Shown: positions 10,018 through 23,805 of the stretch, in pieces
Layout: every line of letters starts with the position of its first letter
How positions within the stretch are numbered: the stretch's first letter is position 1
Assembly (NCBI GenBank): GCA_003331195.1
Contig: QOOZ01000044.1
Coordinates: 778-64,777 of the forward strand
Origin: Puniceicoccaceae bacterium
Lineage (GTDB): Bacteria; Verrucomicrobiota; Verrucomicrobiia; Opitutales; Coraliomargaritaceae
Direction: 5' to 3'
Length of the DNA: 64,000 bases
Notes under the pieces: model-generated
Databases searched by the model: none
What the model saw: only the letters and a program-made list of their open reading frames with translations
What the model was told of the DNA's origin: nothing
Position numbers and translations under genes: made by a program

Positions 10018-10423
10018 TTATTTGAGGGGTGAAGAGGGAGACACCACTCTTAATATTTTAGTATCGTATCGCTTGTCAGATCAAACGCTATTCTAACTAA
10101 ATGACCCATCAATAGACGCCTATTTCATTTTGATGCCTCGCTCATCCTCGTAGATTTAATGGCGCTCGTTTTGACTAATTCTCAGGGTGGCAACTGGCCT
10201 TCCATTGGTTGACTGCAATAAAGACGGAAGGCTTGCTAGTTTTAAAAAACTACGAGTCTACGGTGTGGTCACCTGTTTATTTTCTTAAATCAAGGTGGTC
10301 TCGAGAAGTAGTTGTCTTCGTAATAATACCTGTTTTGTGACATGAAACCCACGATTTAGGAATCTGCTTTGGCATAACTAGGACAATCGTCTCTTCTTTT
10401 AGTGTAGGTTCAAAATTAAGAGG

Positions 10424-12088
<1,665 letters not shown>

Positions 12089-12340
12089 TCATACCCATTC
12101 AATTGTTTGGCTTTCTAGATTGGCAAACCTTTTCCAAACTTTAGCCAAAAGAAGTTTTTTGGATTAGCTATGCTGTTTTTAATCGTTTTTATAATAAGAG
12201 CGATCAATGATCAGTGTTGAGTCAATAATCTCGGGATGAGAACTAAATATTCCGCTAACAGCGAATTCTATATAGCATTGCTTATGCAATCTATAGGCTG
12301 AGCTAATAGATGGATTGCAATTGGCTCGGTGTTTGAAAAT

Positions 12341-12369
12341 TTGCCAATCTAAGTTATCTGTGCTACCGT
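12341..12369 (+). promoter_or_regulatory. Putative sigma70-type promoter of sdhCAB
   Basis: TTGCCA, 17 bp spacer, TACCGT preceded by TGC; about 15 nt upstream of the sdhC ATG. Confidence 0.5.
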
Positions 12370-12384
12370 TGTAAGCGATTAGTT

Positions 12385-13212
12385 ATGTGCTCATTGTGTA
12401 ATTTTATACATTCAACCATCGGTCGTAAGATCTTAATGGCTCTCTCCGGCCTAGTGCTTGTGCTTTTTGTGATGGGACACATGCTAGGTAATCTCCAGAT
12501 ATTCCTCGGGCCCGAAGTTATTAATGCGTATGCTTACAAGCTCCATGAATTGTTGCCAGCCTCCGCACTTTGGGCAGTCCGCTTGGTCTTGCTCGGGACT
12601 ATCGCGGTTCACATATGGGCGGCTGTCACGCTAACATTGGATAATCGCAAGGCACGTCCGCAGGGCTACCTAGAAGATAAGGTGGTGCAAGCCAGCTATT
12701 CCTCACGCACCATGCGTATGAGCGGCATTATATTGCTGGCATTCATAATTTTCCACATTGCTCACTTTACTGTCCGTGCTGTGCCCGGCATGCAATACGA
12801 GAGCGAAAGCAAAGAGTCTCGTATTCTTGAGAAGACTGAGGTTCCACTAGTGAAAGATGGTGAGGCAGTTTTGAAAAACGGGCAGGAGGAAATGACTTTC
12901 AACGTTAATGATATGATGGTAGCTGGTTTCAAGGTTTGGTGGGTATCGGCCTTTTATATTATCGCAACAGGTCTGCTCTGCATGCACCTAACGCACGGCT
13001 TCAGTAGTATGTTCCAGAGCGTGGGACTTCGCAATGGGCTGTGGCGCAGGCGGCTCGACCGAGCAGCACTGGCTTATGGTTGGGTCGTTTTCATCGGATT
13101 TGCCATAATTCCGATCGCTGTAATGGCTGGTCTCCTGAAGCAGGATCCGACAGGTGGCCTCGTTTCACAGGTCGGAGAGACTGCCGCAATCACTGAGTCA
13201 CTTGAAAAATAG
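12385..13212 (+). CDS. sdhC: Succinate dehydrogenase/fumarate reductase cytochrome b subunit (single diheme anchor)
   Basis: STIGRKILMALSG, HMLGNL, 5 TM helices with His ligands (HIW, FHIAH, HLTHG); upstream of sdhAB. Confidence 0.95.
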   Translation: MCSLCNFIHSTIGRKILMALSGLVLVLFVMGHMLGNLQIFLGPEVINAYAYKLHELLPASALWAVRLVLLGTIAVHIWAAVTLTLDNRKARPQGYLEDKVVQASYSSRTMRMSGIILLAFIIFHIAHFTVRAVPGMQYESESKESRILEKTEVPLVKDGEAVLKNGQEEMTFNVNDMMVAGFKVWWVSAFYIIATGLLCMHLTHGFSSMFQSVGLRNGLWRRRLDRAALAYGWVVFIGFAIIPIAVMAGLLKQDPTGGLVSQVGETAAITESLEK

Positions 13213-13224
13213 GAACGCTGAAAC

Positions 13225-15168
13225 ATGAATCTCGATTCCAAAATTCCCGAAGGCCCACTCTCTGAGAAGTGGTCGAGCCACAAGTTCAACATGAAGTTGG
13301 TCAATCCGTCCAACCGTCGTAAATATAGTGTGATCGTCGTCGGCTCTGGTCTTGCTGGGGGATCTGCTGCAGCGAGTCTCGCCGAGCAGGGCTACAACGT
13401 GTCTTGCTTTTGCTACCAAGACAGTCCGCGCCGCGCTCACAGTATCGCAGCCCAAGGGGGTATCAATGCCTCGAAGAATTACCAGAACGACGGTGATAGT
13501 GTATATCGACTTTTTTACGACACGGTCAAAGGCGGTGATTACCGTGCGCGTGAGGCCAATGTGTATCGCCTATCCGAGGTGTCTTCAGACATCATCGACC
13601 AATGCGCAGCGAATGGTGTGCCTTTTGCTCGTGAATACGGTGGTCTGCTAGCTAACCGTTCTTTTGGTGGTGCACAGGTTTCTCGCACTTTCTATGCTCG
13701 CGGTCAGACTGGCCAGCAACTACTTCTCGGTGCTTATTCTGCATTGAGTAAGCAAATAGGTCTAGGCAAGGTGAAGATGTTCAATCGCCACGAGATGCTC
13801 GACTTAGTTAAAGTAGATGGTCATGCCAAAGGGATCATTGTTCGCAATATGGCGACTGGGGAGCTTACTCGCCACGCCAGTGATGCGGTCGTTCTCGCTA
13901 CGGGTGGTTATGGTAACGTCTTCTTCCTCTCGACAAATGCACAAGGTTGCAACGTCACTGCTGCTTACCGCGCCCACAAACGCGGTGCCGGTATGGCAAA
14001 TCCCTGTTACACTCAAATTCACCCCACGTGTATTCCTGTTCATGGCGACAAACAGTCGAAGCTTACGCTCATGTCTGAGTCACTTCGGAATGACGGTCGT
14101 ATCTGGACCCCGAAGGACGCAGAGGTCGCGGCTAAGATCCGCAAGGGCGAAACTGACCCAAATTCTGTGGCTGAAGACGACCGAGATTACTTCCTTGAGC
14201 GCAAATACCCTAGCTTCGGCAATCTTGCACCGCGGGACATTTCCTCTCGAGCAGCGAAAGAAGCCTGTGACGAAGGTCGCGGCGTCGCCAGCACTGGTCT
14301 CGGTGTATTCCTTGATTTCCGCGACGCGATTAAGCGTGACGGTCAGAACACGATCAAAGAGCGCTACGGCAATCTCTTTGACATGTATCAGTGCATCACG
14401 GGTGACAATCCCTACGAGACGCCAATGATGATCTTTCCTGCAGTCCACTACACGATGGGTGGTTTATGGGTAGATTATAATCTAGAGTCCACCATCCCTG
14501 GTATGTTTGTCGGCGGTGAGGCTAATTTTTCTGATCATGGTGCCAACCGCCTCGGCGCATCGGCTCTCATGCAAGGTCTATCGGATGGCTACTTCGTACT
14601 CCCTTACACGGTCGGTAATTACCTAGGCAAGCAAGGTGTTGCTGACGCGGGTAAAGTGACTACGGAGCATCCCGCATTTGCAGAGGCCGAAGCCAATGTG
14701 AAAGCACGCACCGACAAGTTACTTTCAATTGGCGGTACCGAGTCGCCACGCTCTTTTCATAAGCGACTGGGTCATATCATCTGGGAACAATGTGGTATGG
14801 CGCGTTCTAAAGAGGGTCTGGAAGGTGCGATCAAAGATCTACAGGCGCTACGTAAAGAGTTTTGGACAAATCTCCGCGTGGTTGGTGATGCCGATGGAAT
14901 CAACCCTGAACTTGAGCGAGCCGGTCGGGTAGCCGACTTTATCGAATTTGGCGAGCTAATGTGCCGTGATGCGCTCATGCGTGAAGAGTCATGTGGCGGT
15001 CATTTTCGTGTCGAGCATCAGACGGAAGATGGCGAAGCGCTTCGTGACGACGAAAACTTTGCCTTCGCAGGCGTCTGGGAGTATAAGGGCGACGACATCG
15101 AACCTCAGCTCCACAAGGAGTCGCTCATCTATGAGAACGTGGAACTTGCCACTCGCAGTTACAAATAA
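13225..15168 (+). CDS. sdhA: Succinate dehydrogenase/fumarate reductase flavoprotein subunit
   Basis: [16 protein letters not shown] (covalent FAD His), QIHPT, HYTMGG, HGANRLG. Confidence 0.98.
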   Translation: MNLDSKIPEGPLSEKWSSHKFNMKLVNPSNRRKYSVIVVGSGLAGGSAAASLAEQGYNVSCFCYQDSPRRAHSIAAQGGINASKNYQNDGDSVYRLFYDTVKGGDYRAREANVYRLSEVSSDIIDQCAANGVPFAREYGGLLANRSFGGAQVSRTFYARGQTGQQLLLGAYSALSKQIGLGKVKMFNRHEMLDLVKVDGHAKGIIVRNMATGELTRHASDAVVLATGGYGNVFFLSTNAQGCNVTAAYRAHKRGAGMANPCYTQIHPTCIPVHGDKQSKLTLMSESLRNDGRIWTPKDAEVAAKIRKGETDPNSVAEDDRDYFLERKYPSFGNLAPRDISSRAAKEACDEGRGVASTGLGVFLDFRDAIKRDGQNTIKERYGNLFDMYQCITGDNPYETPMMIFPAVHYTMGGLWVDYNLESTIPGMFVGGEANFSDHGANRLGASALMQGLSDGYFVLPYTVGNYLGKQGVADAGKVTTEHPAFAEAEANVKARTDKLLSIGGTESPRSFHKRLGHIIWEQCGMARSKEGLEGAIKDLQALRKEFWTNLRVVGDADGINPELERAGRVADFIEFGELMCRDALMREESCGGHFRVEHQTEDGEALRDDENFAFAGVWEYKGDDIEPQLHKESLIYENVELATRSYK

Positions 15169-15186
15169 GCCAAACCTATTAACAAG

Positions 15187-15960
15187 ATGGAAAAGACAAT
15201 GGATCTCACTCTCAAAGTTTGGCGCCAGAAAAGCGCGAACAGCACGGGCACTTTTGAAACTTACGGTGTCAAAGATGTTTCCGAAGGTTCCTCCTTCCTC
15301 GAGATGCTCGATACTCTCTCAGAGGACTTGGTGGAGAAGGGCAAAGAGCCCGTGGCCTTTGATCACGATTGTCGTGAGGGAATCTGTGGTTCGTGTTCAA
15401 TGACCATTAATGGCATCCCACACGGTCCCGAAAAGGCGACCACTGCTTGCCAACTCCACATGCGCCATTTTCATGATGGACAGACAATCACGATTGAACC
15501 TTGGCGTGCCAAGCCCTTCCCTGTAATCAAAGACCTCGTCGTCGACCGCTCGCCTTTCGACAGAATCATTCAATCTGGCGGCTTTATCACCTCTCGTGCC
15601 GGCAGCGCTGTGGATGCCAATGCCATACCAATCAGCAAAGCGACCGCCGACTATGCGATGGATGCTGCTGCTTGTATCGGCTGTGGTGCTTGCGTCGCCG
15701 CCTGCCCAAATGCTTCAGCTATGTTGTTTACCGGGGCTAAAGTCTCACACATGAACAGTTTGCCTCAAGGCAAAGCGGAGAAAGATCGCCGCACCCTCGC
15801 CATGGTCGCTACTATGGATGGCGAAGGTTTTGGCGGTTGCACTAATGTCGGTGAGTGCGAGGCAGCTTGCCCGAAGAGTATCTCGCTAGACATGATTGCC
15901 CATTTAAACCGTGATTATGCGACTGCGCAGATTAAGAACTTCTTCAAACCAGTCGCTTGA
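15187..15960 (+). CDS. sdhB: Succinate dehydrogenase/fumarate reductase iron-sulfur subunit
   Basis: [33 protein letters not shown]. Confidence 0.98.
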   Translation: MEKTMDLTLKVWRQKSANSTGTFETYGVKDVSEGSSFLEMLDTLSEDLVEKGKEPVAFDHDCREGICGSCSMTINGIPHGPEKATTACQLHMRHFHDGQTITIEPWRAKPFPVIKDLVVDRSPFDRIIQSGGFITSRAGSAVDANAIPISKATADYAMDAAACIGCGACVAACPNASAMLFTGAKVSHMNSLPQGKAEKDRRTLAMVATMDGEGFGGCTNVGECEAACPKSISLDMIAHLNRDYATAQIKNFFKPVA

Positions 15961-16049
15961 TCGGTTTCCGCTAATTACAGCGTTTTTCTGCAAGATCCGT
16001 TAAGTAGTATCTAGATAGCTATAATCTAGATTAACAGAATTTTACCTAG

Positions 16050-16931
16050 CTACTCAATATTTTGCACCTGCTCGCGTATGCGTTCCAAGGCGTTCTTTCC
16101 CTCGATCACAAGCCGTGTGATTTCGATGTCATTTGACTTGCTGCCCGTGGTATTGAATTCACGGTGGATTTCTTGACAGAGGAAATCCATTTTTCTTCCC
16201 GTCGCCTCATCGGCATTTAGGAACCCTAAAAATTGTTCGAAATGGGAGCTTAGGCGAGTCGTTTCCTCACTGATGTCAGAACGATCTGCATAGATCGCTA
16301 TCTCTTTTAAAACGCGTTCGTCCGAAACATCTAGTTCGAGCTCTAATTGCTTTAAGCGTTCCAACAGTGCGTTGCGGTAGCGCTGCGTGCTACCTGAGGC
16401 ATTTTTTTCGATTTGTTTGCGCAACGTTTCTAGCTCGGCGATTCGCACCCTCAGGTCTTCCGCCAGCGCAGCGCCTTCTTGCAGGCGCATTGCATTGATG
16501 TCGGCCAGTGCCAACTTAAAAGCTTCCTGCAACGCATCTTTTAACTCTTTCCAATCGGGAAGTTTGCTACTGTCTTTGACTGAACGAGCTAGATCGAGTA
16601 TAAGACTGCTATCAGGTGTAAAATCAAATCCCTGCGCTCGGGCAAAGGCCTTCAAGTTATTGAGACTCTCAGCCATCGCTTCGGTATTCATTGCCAGCGA
16701 GTCACCACTATCCTTGGCAGATTCTACTTTGATTTGCACATTAACACGCCCGCGCTGAAACGCAGCATTTATCCATTCGCTGCAGATAGCTTCGTAACCG
16801 CTCCACTCTCGCGGGGCGCTGATCTGAATATCGAGCGTTTTCCGATTGACTGAATGAATCTCCACTTGGATCCGTACGCCGGCTTTAGCCGCCTCTGCGC
16901 AACTGCGCCCAAAACCTGTCATACTTAACAT
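16050..16931 (-). CDS. yicC: YicC/YloC family endoribonuclease
   Basis: [42 protein letters not shown]. Confidence 0.95.
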   Translation of the reverse strand: MLSMTGFGRSCAEAAKAGVRIQVEIHSVNRKTLDIQISAPREWSGYEAICSEWINAAFQRGRVNVQIKVESAKDSGDSLAMNTEAMAESLNNLKAFARAQGFDFTPDSSLILDLARSVKDSSKLPDWKELKDALQEAFKLALADINAMRLQEGAALAEDLRVRIAELETLRKQIEKNASGSTQRYRNALLERLKQLELELDVSDERVLKEIAIYADRSDISEETTRLSSHFEQFLGFLNADEATGRKMDFLCQEIHREFNTTGSKSNDIEITRLVIEGKNALERIREQVQNIE

Positions 16932-17104
16932 TTAGAATACCTTATATTACCAGACGAAAGAGGGAAGGCGAAAATGTAGTGGTCAGCCCATCAGCCATAC
17001 CCGTCTTAGCTAGTTACCTAGATAGGCAACTCAAGTAAGCATGACAATCTTCTTCATCTTTAGTTTGCAATTCATTCCCGCTTAAATTGACTCACTCGCT
17101 TCTT

Positions 17105-18691
17105 ATGAAAATATTAATAGCAGACCGCATTTCGCCCATAGGCGTTGATTTGTTCAAAGCCCAAAAGGGTTTTGACGTTGTAGAAGCCTACGGCTCCTCC
17201 CCAGAGGAGATCCTTGAATTGGCTAAGGACGCTGACGCAATCGCGGTGCGCTCCGACACTCGCATTACTGCTGAAGTTATCGCAGTAGCCCCACATCTCA
17301 AGGTCGTCGGTCGCGCGGGTGTGGGAGTTGATAATATCGATATCGAAGCCGCCACCGACCATGGCATCATTGTGATGAATACGCCCACTGGCAACACCAT
17401 CGCAACGGCAGAACTTACTTTCACCCACATGCTCGCTGGCACTCGCGCCATCGTGCAAGCATGTGCCGGCATGAAGGCTGGCCGCTGGGATCGTAAAAAA
17501 TACACTGGTTCTGAGCTAAATCAAAAGACTCTCGGTATCCTTGGTATGGGGCGTATCGGTGCTGAAGTCGCTAAGCGCGCCATGGCTTTTCAGATGGATG
17601 TAATCGCTTATGACCCTTATCTGACCGAGTCACGCGCTAAGACACTCGGCGTTAAACAAGCCACGTTCGATGAAGTGATTGTAAGCGCCGACTACATAAC
17701 TGTGCACATGCCAATGACGAAGGACACCAAGCACATGCTGAATGCGGATGCTTTTGCCCGCATGAAGGATGGCGTTCGTGTTTTTAATGTCGCTCGTGGT
17801 GGTATCATTGAAGAAGCCGCGCTAATTGATGCACTCAACTCGGGTAAAGTTGCGGCCGCCGGCCTCGACGTTTATGAGGACGAGCCTCCTCCCGAAGACA
17901 GTCCACTGCGCCAGATCGAGAGCCTCGTGCTCACGCCGCATCTTGGTGCCTCGACTCAGGAAGCACAAGAGAACGTCGGCATTGACGTGGCCAAACAGAT
18001 GATTGAAGCCCTCACCGGTGGTATGGTTATGAACGCGCTTAACATGCCATCCGTCGATCCTAAGGTCTTAGAAAAGCTGGGTCCCTACATGACCTTAGGC
18101 GAAAAGATCGGCACATTCTCTCAGCAACTCGCCCCCGAAGGCGTCGAAAAGATCACCATCCGTTACTACGGTAAGATCGTCGAGCTCGATATACTGCCCC
18201 TGACCAACGCCATTCAGCGTGGCTATCTCCGTGAGATCTCCGATAACGTCAACAATGTCAATGCGCCCAAAAAGATAGAACACCTCGGCGTCGAGACCGA
18301 AGAGGTTAAAAGCAGCACACACGCTGACTTTAATGAACTGATCGAAGTCGAAGTCGCGTGCAAGAGCGGTAAGTCCCGCATCATAGGTGGCACACTCGTT
18401 GGCAAAAACCAGGTCCCACGCATCGTCATTATCGACGGGCACAGCGTCGAAGTCAGCACCGATGCGACACTGCTTGTTCTCAAGAATAAGGATGTTCCTG
18501 GCATTGTCGGCTTTATCGGCGTCACTCTCGGTGAGGACAAGGTCAACATCGCCAACATGTCGCTTAGCCGAAACAAAGACCAAGACTTCGCCGTCTCGGT
18601 CTTCGAGCTTGATACTGCTCCCTCCGAGGTCGCTGAAAAGAAGATCACCGACAATCCCTCGATTGAAAAATACCGTGTGATTAAATTATAA
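17105..18691 (+). CDS. serA: D-3-phosphoglycerate dehydrogenase (with ASB and ACT domains)
   Basis: GRAGVGVDNID, GMGRIG, TPHLGAST, C-terminal NKDVPG...NIANM; ATG at 17105 preferred to TTG at 17087. Confidence 0.97.
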   Translation: MKILIADRISPIGVDLFKAQKGFDVVEAYGSSPEEILELAKDADAIAVRSDTRITAEVIAVAPHLKVVGRAGVGVDNIDIEAATDHGIIVMNTPTGNTIATAELTFTHMLAGTRAIVQACAGMKAGRWDRKKYTGSELNQKTLGILGMGRIGAEVAKRAMAFQMDVIAYDPYLTESRAKTLGVKQATFDEVIVSADYITVHMPMTKDTKHMLNADAFARMKDGVRVFNVARGGIIEEAALIDALNSGKVAAAGLDVYEDEPPPEDSPLRQIESLVLTPHLGASTQEAQENVGIDVAKQMIEALTGGMVMNALNMPSVDPKVLEKLGPYMTLGEKIGTFSQQLAPEGVEKITIRYYGKIVELDILPLTNAIQRGYLREISDNVNNVNAPKKIEHLGVETEEVKSSTHADFNELIEVEVACKSGKSRIIGGTLVGKNQVPRIVIIDGHSVEVSTDATLLVLKNKDVPGIVGFIGVTLGEDKVNIANMSLSRNKDQDFAVSVFELDTAPSEVAEKKITDNPSIEKYRVIKL

Positions 18692-18712
18692 GGTAGGTTC
18701 AATTATTTCATG

Positions 18713-18748
18713 AAAGGGCTTTCCGATAGGAGAGTCCTTTTTTATTTT
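18713..18748 (+). terminator. Rho-independent terminator of serA
   Basis: AAAGGGCTTTCC-GATA-GGAGAGTCCTTT hairpin followed by a T-rich tract. Confidence 0.8.
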
Positions 18749-18923
18749 CAAAGTGGAGAGACTTGCTTCGAATGGTCTTCATAGCTGATACTGCTGACCT
18801 GTAGATCAGCCATGACTAAAATCGACCCAAACATTCACCCACTGTCAGGCATTACTGTGCCCCATCATAGAGGCACTTATAAATACGCTCGCGCCTACGT
18901 TCAGAATCTTGTCTATTTGATCC

Positions 18924-19511
18924 ATGTCAGTGTTCTCCATTATCCTTTTCACAATCATCGGCTATTTACTAGGTGCCATCAGTTTTGCCGTGATCATAGC
19001 GCGCAGCCAGGGTGTCGACATCTTCAAGGAAGGCAGCGGTAATCCTGGTGCGACGAACGTCAAACGTATCCTTGGCAAGAAGTGGGGTCATGCCGTCTTC
19101 ACACTGGATGCACTCAAGGGATTTACTGCAACTGTCTTGCCTTTAATGGTTTATGGCGATGATCGACTGGCTATCATTGGTCTAATCGCCGCGATTTTAG
19201 GGCATAGCTTTTCAGTATTTCTTAGGTTTCGTGGTGGTAAAGGTGTGGCGACTACCATCGGCGGCTTACTCGCACTAATGTGTCCCGTCGTGCTGATTGG
19301 ATTAGTCGTCTGGTTGATTATTTTTTATACAAAAAAAATCGTGGCATTGGCCTCAATTTTTTTCGCCGTCAGTTTGCCGATCTCGGCCTACTTTATTTAC
19401 GATACAGAAGAGCCTCGATTCTATTTGAGTGCTGTTCTCGCATTGTTCATCGTTGTCCGCCACCGCTCTAACCTTATCCGCATGTTCTCCGGTAATGAGA
19501 ATAAGTTCTGA
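18924..19511 (+). CDS. plsY: Glycerol-3-phosphate acyltransferase
   Basis: GYLLGAI, GSGNPGATN, GHSFS, FRGGKGVAT, HRSN. Confidence 0.97.
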   Translation: MSVFSIILFTIIGYLLGAISFAVIIARSQGVDIFKEGSGNPGATNVKRILGKKWGHAVFTLDALKGFTATVLPLMVYGDDRLAIIGLIAAILGHSFSVFLRFRGGKGVATTIGGLLALMCPVVLIGLVVWLIIFYTKKIVALASIFFAVSLPISAYFIYDTEEPRFYLSAVLALFIVVRHRSNLIRMFSGNENKF

Positions 19512-19700
19512 GAGCATCCTTACTGATAGGTATGAGGCCTAGTAACTCGTAATTTCATATTAGTTGACTATTAACTTTTTATAAATTGGCATCGAATATT
19601 AATCAAGGATTCAACATATCATTTAATCACTTAACATCTATTTCTAAGCCCCACGACAGCCAAGTCCTGTTGCTTCAGCTTATCACCAATTTGGAAGAAC

Positions 19701-19734
19701 AAAAAAGCCCCTCCGATTCGTCGGAAGGGCTTTT
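19701..19734 (-). terminator. Rho-independent terminator of ppdK (possibly bidirectional)
   Basis: AAAAAAGCCC-CTCCGA-TTCG-TCGGAA-GGGCTTTT. Confidence 0.85.
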
Positions 19735-19758
19735 GTATTAGATTGAATCTAGTTTAGG

Positions 19759-22509
19759 CTATTTGAGCGCTGATTGTGCAGCAGCCAAGCGTGCAACGGG
19801 AACGCGAGGGGGCGAGCAACTGACGTAGTCGAGTCCAGCATTGTGGAAGAACTCAATAGAGGCTGGATCACCCCCGTGCTCGCCGCAAACGCCGAGCTTG
19901 AGATTCCCCTTTGTGCTACGACCCTTTTGAACACCAATTTCAACAAGCTGCCCAACGCCCGCTGCATCGATCGATGCGAACGGATTTTGTGGAAGGATAT
20001 CGAGGTCTTTGTATTGGCCAAGGAATGAACCCGCATCGTCACGGCTCATGCCGAGACCAGTCTGGGTGAGGTCGTTAGTACCAAAAGAGAAGAACTCTGC
20101 AGTTTCAGCAATCTCATCAGCGGTCAAAGCACCACGAGGTACTTCGATCATTGTGCCAACTAGGTATTTGAACTTCACACCCTTTTTCTCCATGACTTCG
20201 GAAGCTACGCGGTGAACCACTGTTACTTGATTCTTGAGCTCGTCAGCGAAGCCGACGAGAGGAATCATGACTTCAGGGATTACCTTGATTGGCTTCTTGA
20301 GCTTATAGCAAGATGCCGCCGCTTCGAAGATTGCACGTGCCTGCATTTCTGTGATTTCCGGGTAGGAAATTCCTAGACGGCAACCACGATGACCAAGCAT
20401 TGGGTTGGATTCGTGCAGTGCATGCACGCGTTTCGATATCACGTCGACTTTGACTCCGAGAGATTTAGCTAGCTCGCGTTTGGAAGAATCGTCGTGGGGA
20501 AGGAACTCGTGCAGAGGTGGATCAAGAAGGCGAACTGTGACGGGAAGACCGCCCATTGCCTTAAAGAGACCTGTGAAGTCCTTGCGTTGGAATGGAAGAA
20601 GCTTCCTCAGCGCTGCCCGACGTTGTTTTTCGTCTGCGGCCAGAATCATCTGACGCATGAATGTGATACGATCACCTTCAAAGAACATGTGCTCTGTCCG
20701 GCAAAGTCCGATGCCTTGAGCGCCATAAGCAATTGCTGACTTAGCTTGGTCTGGAGAATCGGCATTGGTGCGAACTCTAAGCTTACGATGCTTGTCAGCC
20801 CACTTCATGACTTGGTTATACATCTGATAAGTATAGCTGTCCTGCGCCTTGAGCTTACCGTTGAGCACTTGGTCAACCTCGGATGGAGCGGTGGCCACTG
20901 CACCAGCGAAGATTTCACCTGTTGTGCCATCGATGGATATATCGTCGCCGTTCTTGAATGTCTTTTTACCGATTTTGAGTGTTTCTTTGGCGTAGTTGAT
21001 GACAACTTCAGCAGCGCCACAAACACAGACCTTGTTCATCTGACGAGCAACGAGTGCGGCGTGAGAAGAAACACCACCACGGGATGTCAGGATACCTTCA
21101 GCTGCGATCATTCCACGTAGATCTTCCGGTGTGGTTTCAACGCGGCAGAGAATCGCACGGCCACCTTTCGCAGCAACCTTTTCAGCTTCTGGAGCTGTGA
21201 AGCAGATCTTGCCGGATGCAGCACCAGGGCCCGCAGGAAGACCTGTAGTGAGTGTCTTGGCTTTCGCGACTGCAGCTGGGTCGAAGACCGCGACGAGTAG
21301 TGAAGATATAGAGTCTGCTGGGATCTTGAGAAGTGCTGTCTTTTGGTCGATCAGTTTTTCCTTAACAAGCTCAACAGCAATTCGAACGGCTGCGAGACCA
21401 GTGCGTTTACCGTTACGAGTTTGTAGCATCCAGAGTTTGCCGTCTTCAACCGTGAACTCAAAGTCTTGCATGTCCTTAAAGTGCTTTTCGAGTTTCTTAC
21501 GAACTACCTCAAGATCAGCGTGTGCATTAGGCATCTCTCTCTTTAGCTCAGCAATCGCGTTGGGTGTGCGGATGCCGGCGACAACGTCTTCACCTTGGGC
21601 ATTGATGAGGTATTCACCATAGAATACTTTTTCACCATTTGCAGGGTCTCGTGTGAAAGCAACGCCAGTTGCACAATTATCACCCATATTACCGAAGACC
21701 ATGGCCTGAACGTTAACAGCGGTACCCCAAGCAGCAGGGATGCCGTATTTTTGGCGGTAGAGTATTGCTCGCTCGTTCTGCCATGAGTTGAACACGGCGC
21801 TTACAGAACCCCAGAGTTGCTCGTAAGCGTCTTGAGGAAAAGCGGTACCAGTTCGTTGTTTGATGACTGCTTTGTAGCGCTTAATGAGTTCCTTAAGGTC
21901 TTTTGCAGTGAGCTCGTTGTCTAATTCAACACCCGCTTCTTTGCGTACTTTTTCGAGGATACCTTCGAACGGGCAGTGATCATTTTCGTTCACAGCTTGA
22001 ACCCCCATGACTACATCGCCGTACATTTGGATAAAGCGGCGGTAGCAATCATATGCGAATGCAGCGTTGCCCGACTCTTTAGCGAGTGCTTTCACGGTCT
22101 TATCGTTGAGACCAAGGTTAAGGATCGTATCCATCATACCAGGCATGGACTCACGAGCACCAGAACGAACAGAAAGTAGAAGCGGGTTTTTGGCTGCACC
22201 GAGTTTTTTGCCGACCTCTTTTTCAATTTGAGCGACGGAGGCTTTGACTTCACTTGCAAGTGTTTTGGGATACTGGCGACCGTGGTCGTAGAAGTAGGTG
22301 CAGACATCAGTCGTGATGGTGAAACCAGGAGGGACGGGGAGACCGATGCGGGCCATCTCTGCGAGATTGGCACCTTTACCGCCGAGTAGTTCTCGGAGTT
22401 TAGAGCTTCCGTCGGTCTTTTGTCCGAAGTCGTAGCTGTATTTTACCGCTTTAACGCTCTTGCGTTTGACGGCCTTCTTGGTGGCTTTTTTTGCTTTTTT
22501 AGCTGGCAT
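19759..22509 (-). CDS. ppdK: Pyruvate, phosphate dikinase
   Basis: [33 protein letters not shown] (phospho-His), [25 protein letters not shown]; start at MPAKK. Confidence 0.98.
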   Translation of the reverse strand: MPAKKAKKATKKAVKRKSVKAVKYSYDFGQKTDGSSKLRELLGGKGANLAEMARIGLPVPPGFTITTDVCTYFYDHGRQYPKTLASEVKASVAQIEKEVGKKLGAAKNPLLLSVRSGARESMPGMMDTILNLGLNDKTVKALAKESGNAAFAYDCYRRFIQMYGDVVMGVQAVNENDHCPFEGILEKVRKEAGVELDNELTAKDLKELIKRYKAVIKQRTGTAFPQDAYEQLWGSVSAVFNSWQNERAILYRQKYGIPAAWGTAVNVQAMVFGNMGDNCATGVAFTRDPANGEKVFYGEYLINAQGEDVVAGIRTPNAIAELKREMPNAHADLEVVRKKLEKHFKDMQDFEFTVEDGKLWMLQTRNGKRTGLAAVRIAVELVKEKLIDQKTALLKIPADSISSLLVAVFDPAAVAKAKTLTTGLPAGPGAASGKICFTAPEAEKVAAKGGRAILCRVETTPEDLRGMIAAEGILTSRGGVSSHAALVARQMNKVCVCGAAEVVINYAKETLKIGKKTFKNGDDISIDGTTGEIFAGAVATAPSEVDQVLNGKLKAQDSYTYQMYNQVMKWADKHRKLRVRTNADSPDQAKSAIAYGAQGIGLCRTEHMFFEGDRITFMRQMILAADEKQRRAALRKLLPFQRKDFTGLFKAMGGLPVTVRLLDPPLHEFLPHDDSSKRELAKSLGVKVDVISKRVHALHESNPMLGHRGCRLGISYPEITEMQARAIFEAAASCYKLKKPIKVIPEVMIPLVGFADELKNQVTVVHRVASEVMEKKGVKFKYLVGTMIEVPRGALTADEIAETAEFFSFGTNDLTQTGLGMSRDDAGSFLGQYKDLDILPQNPFASIDAAGVGQLVEIGVQKGRSTKGNLKLGVCGEHGGDPASIEFFHNAGLDYVSCSPPRVPVARLAAAQSALK

Positions 22510-22742
22510 AAGATTACGATCTTTCTGGTGGATCGAGTTGAGGTAATTTCGCCACCAATGGGCAGCGACATGTGGAAAAAGTCGTAGCAAAGCCATTTAA
22601 TGCTGTCTGTCAATTGATTAGGCTGGAGGTTTGTAAAGATTGTGCTGACCGACCCTCTAAGAGTTTATTTTTTGAAATATTGGTAATTTTTAGATTGGAG
22701 TTTGCCCGATCACCTAAAAATTGAATAGGAATTCATTTTGAG

Positions 22743-23558
22743 ATGACGGATTACCAAAACGATGATGACGAAGTTGAAGAGCTGAATGACTCTGAAGCTG
22801 TTGGCATGAGCTTTCTTGAGCACTTGGAAGACTTCCGCTGGACGGTAGGGCGTAGCTTATTGGCCTTTGCCACGGGCATTGTTCTGGCTACTTTATTCAT
22901 TGGGGATATTGCTGCATTCCTCAAGATGCCGATTGTGACTGCCTATGGTTCGGCTGAGATGGCGGATGAAAACCTGATCACCTATCGACCAATGGGTGTC
23001 ATTTCAGTCTTTATTCAGATTGCATTTTTATCCGGCTTAACGCTTTCAATGCCCTTCGTACTTTACTTCCTAGCTGCCTTCGTGGCTCCGGGGTTGACGG
23101 ATAAGGAGCGGAAAGTCGTTAGGCCTGCCTGCTTTGCAGCTTTCTTACTCTTTTTAACCGGAGTGTCTTTTGCATTTTTCGTAATTCTCCCGCTCACTCT
23201 GTCGTTTTCAGTACGGCTAAATATGTTCTTCGATTTCGACCTCTTTTGGGCGGCTTCTGATTATTATAGCATGGTCGTATGGTTTTCTTTGGCTACGGGT
23301 GCATTTTTTCAGTTCCCATTAATAATTGTAATACTCGTCTACCTTGGCGTCATAGCTGTCGAGAAGCTTCAAGACATTCGCAGGGCAGTTTTTGTTGGAC
23401 TGATGGTCTTTGCTGCATTCATGACTCCGGGTGGCGATTTTGTATCCTTGCCGCTTGTAACTGGTTTCATGTATGGTCTCTACGAACTTGCGATCTGGGT
23501 TGGTATGAGGGTGGAAAAGAAGCGCGAAGATGAACTAGAAGACTGGGATGATGAATAG
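22743..23558 (+). CDS. tatC: Twin-arginine translocase subunit TatC
   Basis: [32 protein letters not shown]. Confidence 0.95.
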   Translation: MTDYQNDDDEVEELNDSEAVGMSFLEHLEDFRWTVGRSLLAFATGIVLATLFIGDIAAFLKMPIVTAYGSAEMADENLITYRPMGVISVFIQIAFLSGLTLSMPFVLYFLAAFVAPGLTDKERKVVRPACFAAFLLFLTGVSFAFFVILPLTLSFSVRLNMFFDFDLFWAASDYYSMVVWFSLATGAFFQFPLIIVILVYLGVIAVEKLQDIRRAVFVGLMVFAAFMTPGGDFVSLPLVTGFMYGLYELAIWVGMRVEKKREDELEDWDDE

Positions 23559-23748
23559 GGCAGTTACGTGCTCTGCTTAACCGCTAGTTAGTTAGGTAGA
23601 TTCTTTGCCAAATTACCCGCATCTCTGGATCTAACTGTTTTTGCTGTAGAGGCACTCGCACAAAAGCCTTGGGGCTGCAGAAGCGGTAATTAAGAATATT
23701 GCGCAATGATTTTACGGTGGCAAAGAGACTAAATGGAATATGTCCAAG

Positions 23749-23775
23749 AAAAAGGCCGTCCTTAGCGGGCGGCCT
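23749..23775 (-). terminator. Rho-independent terminator of the 79-aa gene
   Basis: Minus strand AGGCCGCCC-GCTAA-GGACGGCCT followed by TTTT. Confidence 0.75.
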
Positions 23776-23805
23776 GCAAATGATTTAGTAAAATCTAATA
23801 TCTGC

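Noticed and set aside
10018-10423. 400-bp gap after pyrG with short minus-strand ORFs (e.g. 32 aa from 10375)
   Set aside because: No recognisable homology or structure; possibly decayed sequence but not supportable
18812-19042. 76-aa ORF overlapping the plsY start
   Set aside because: Out-of-frame overlap with plsY and no motif
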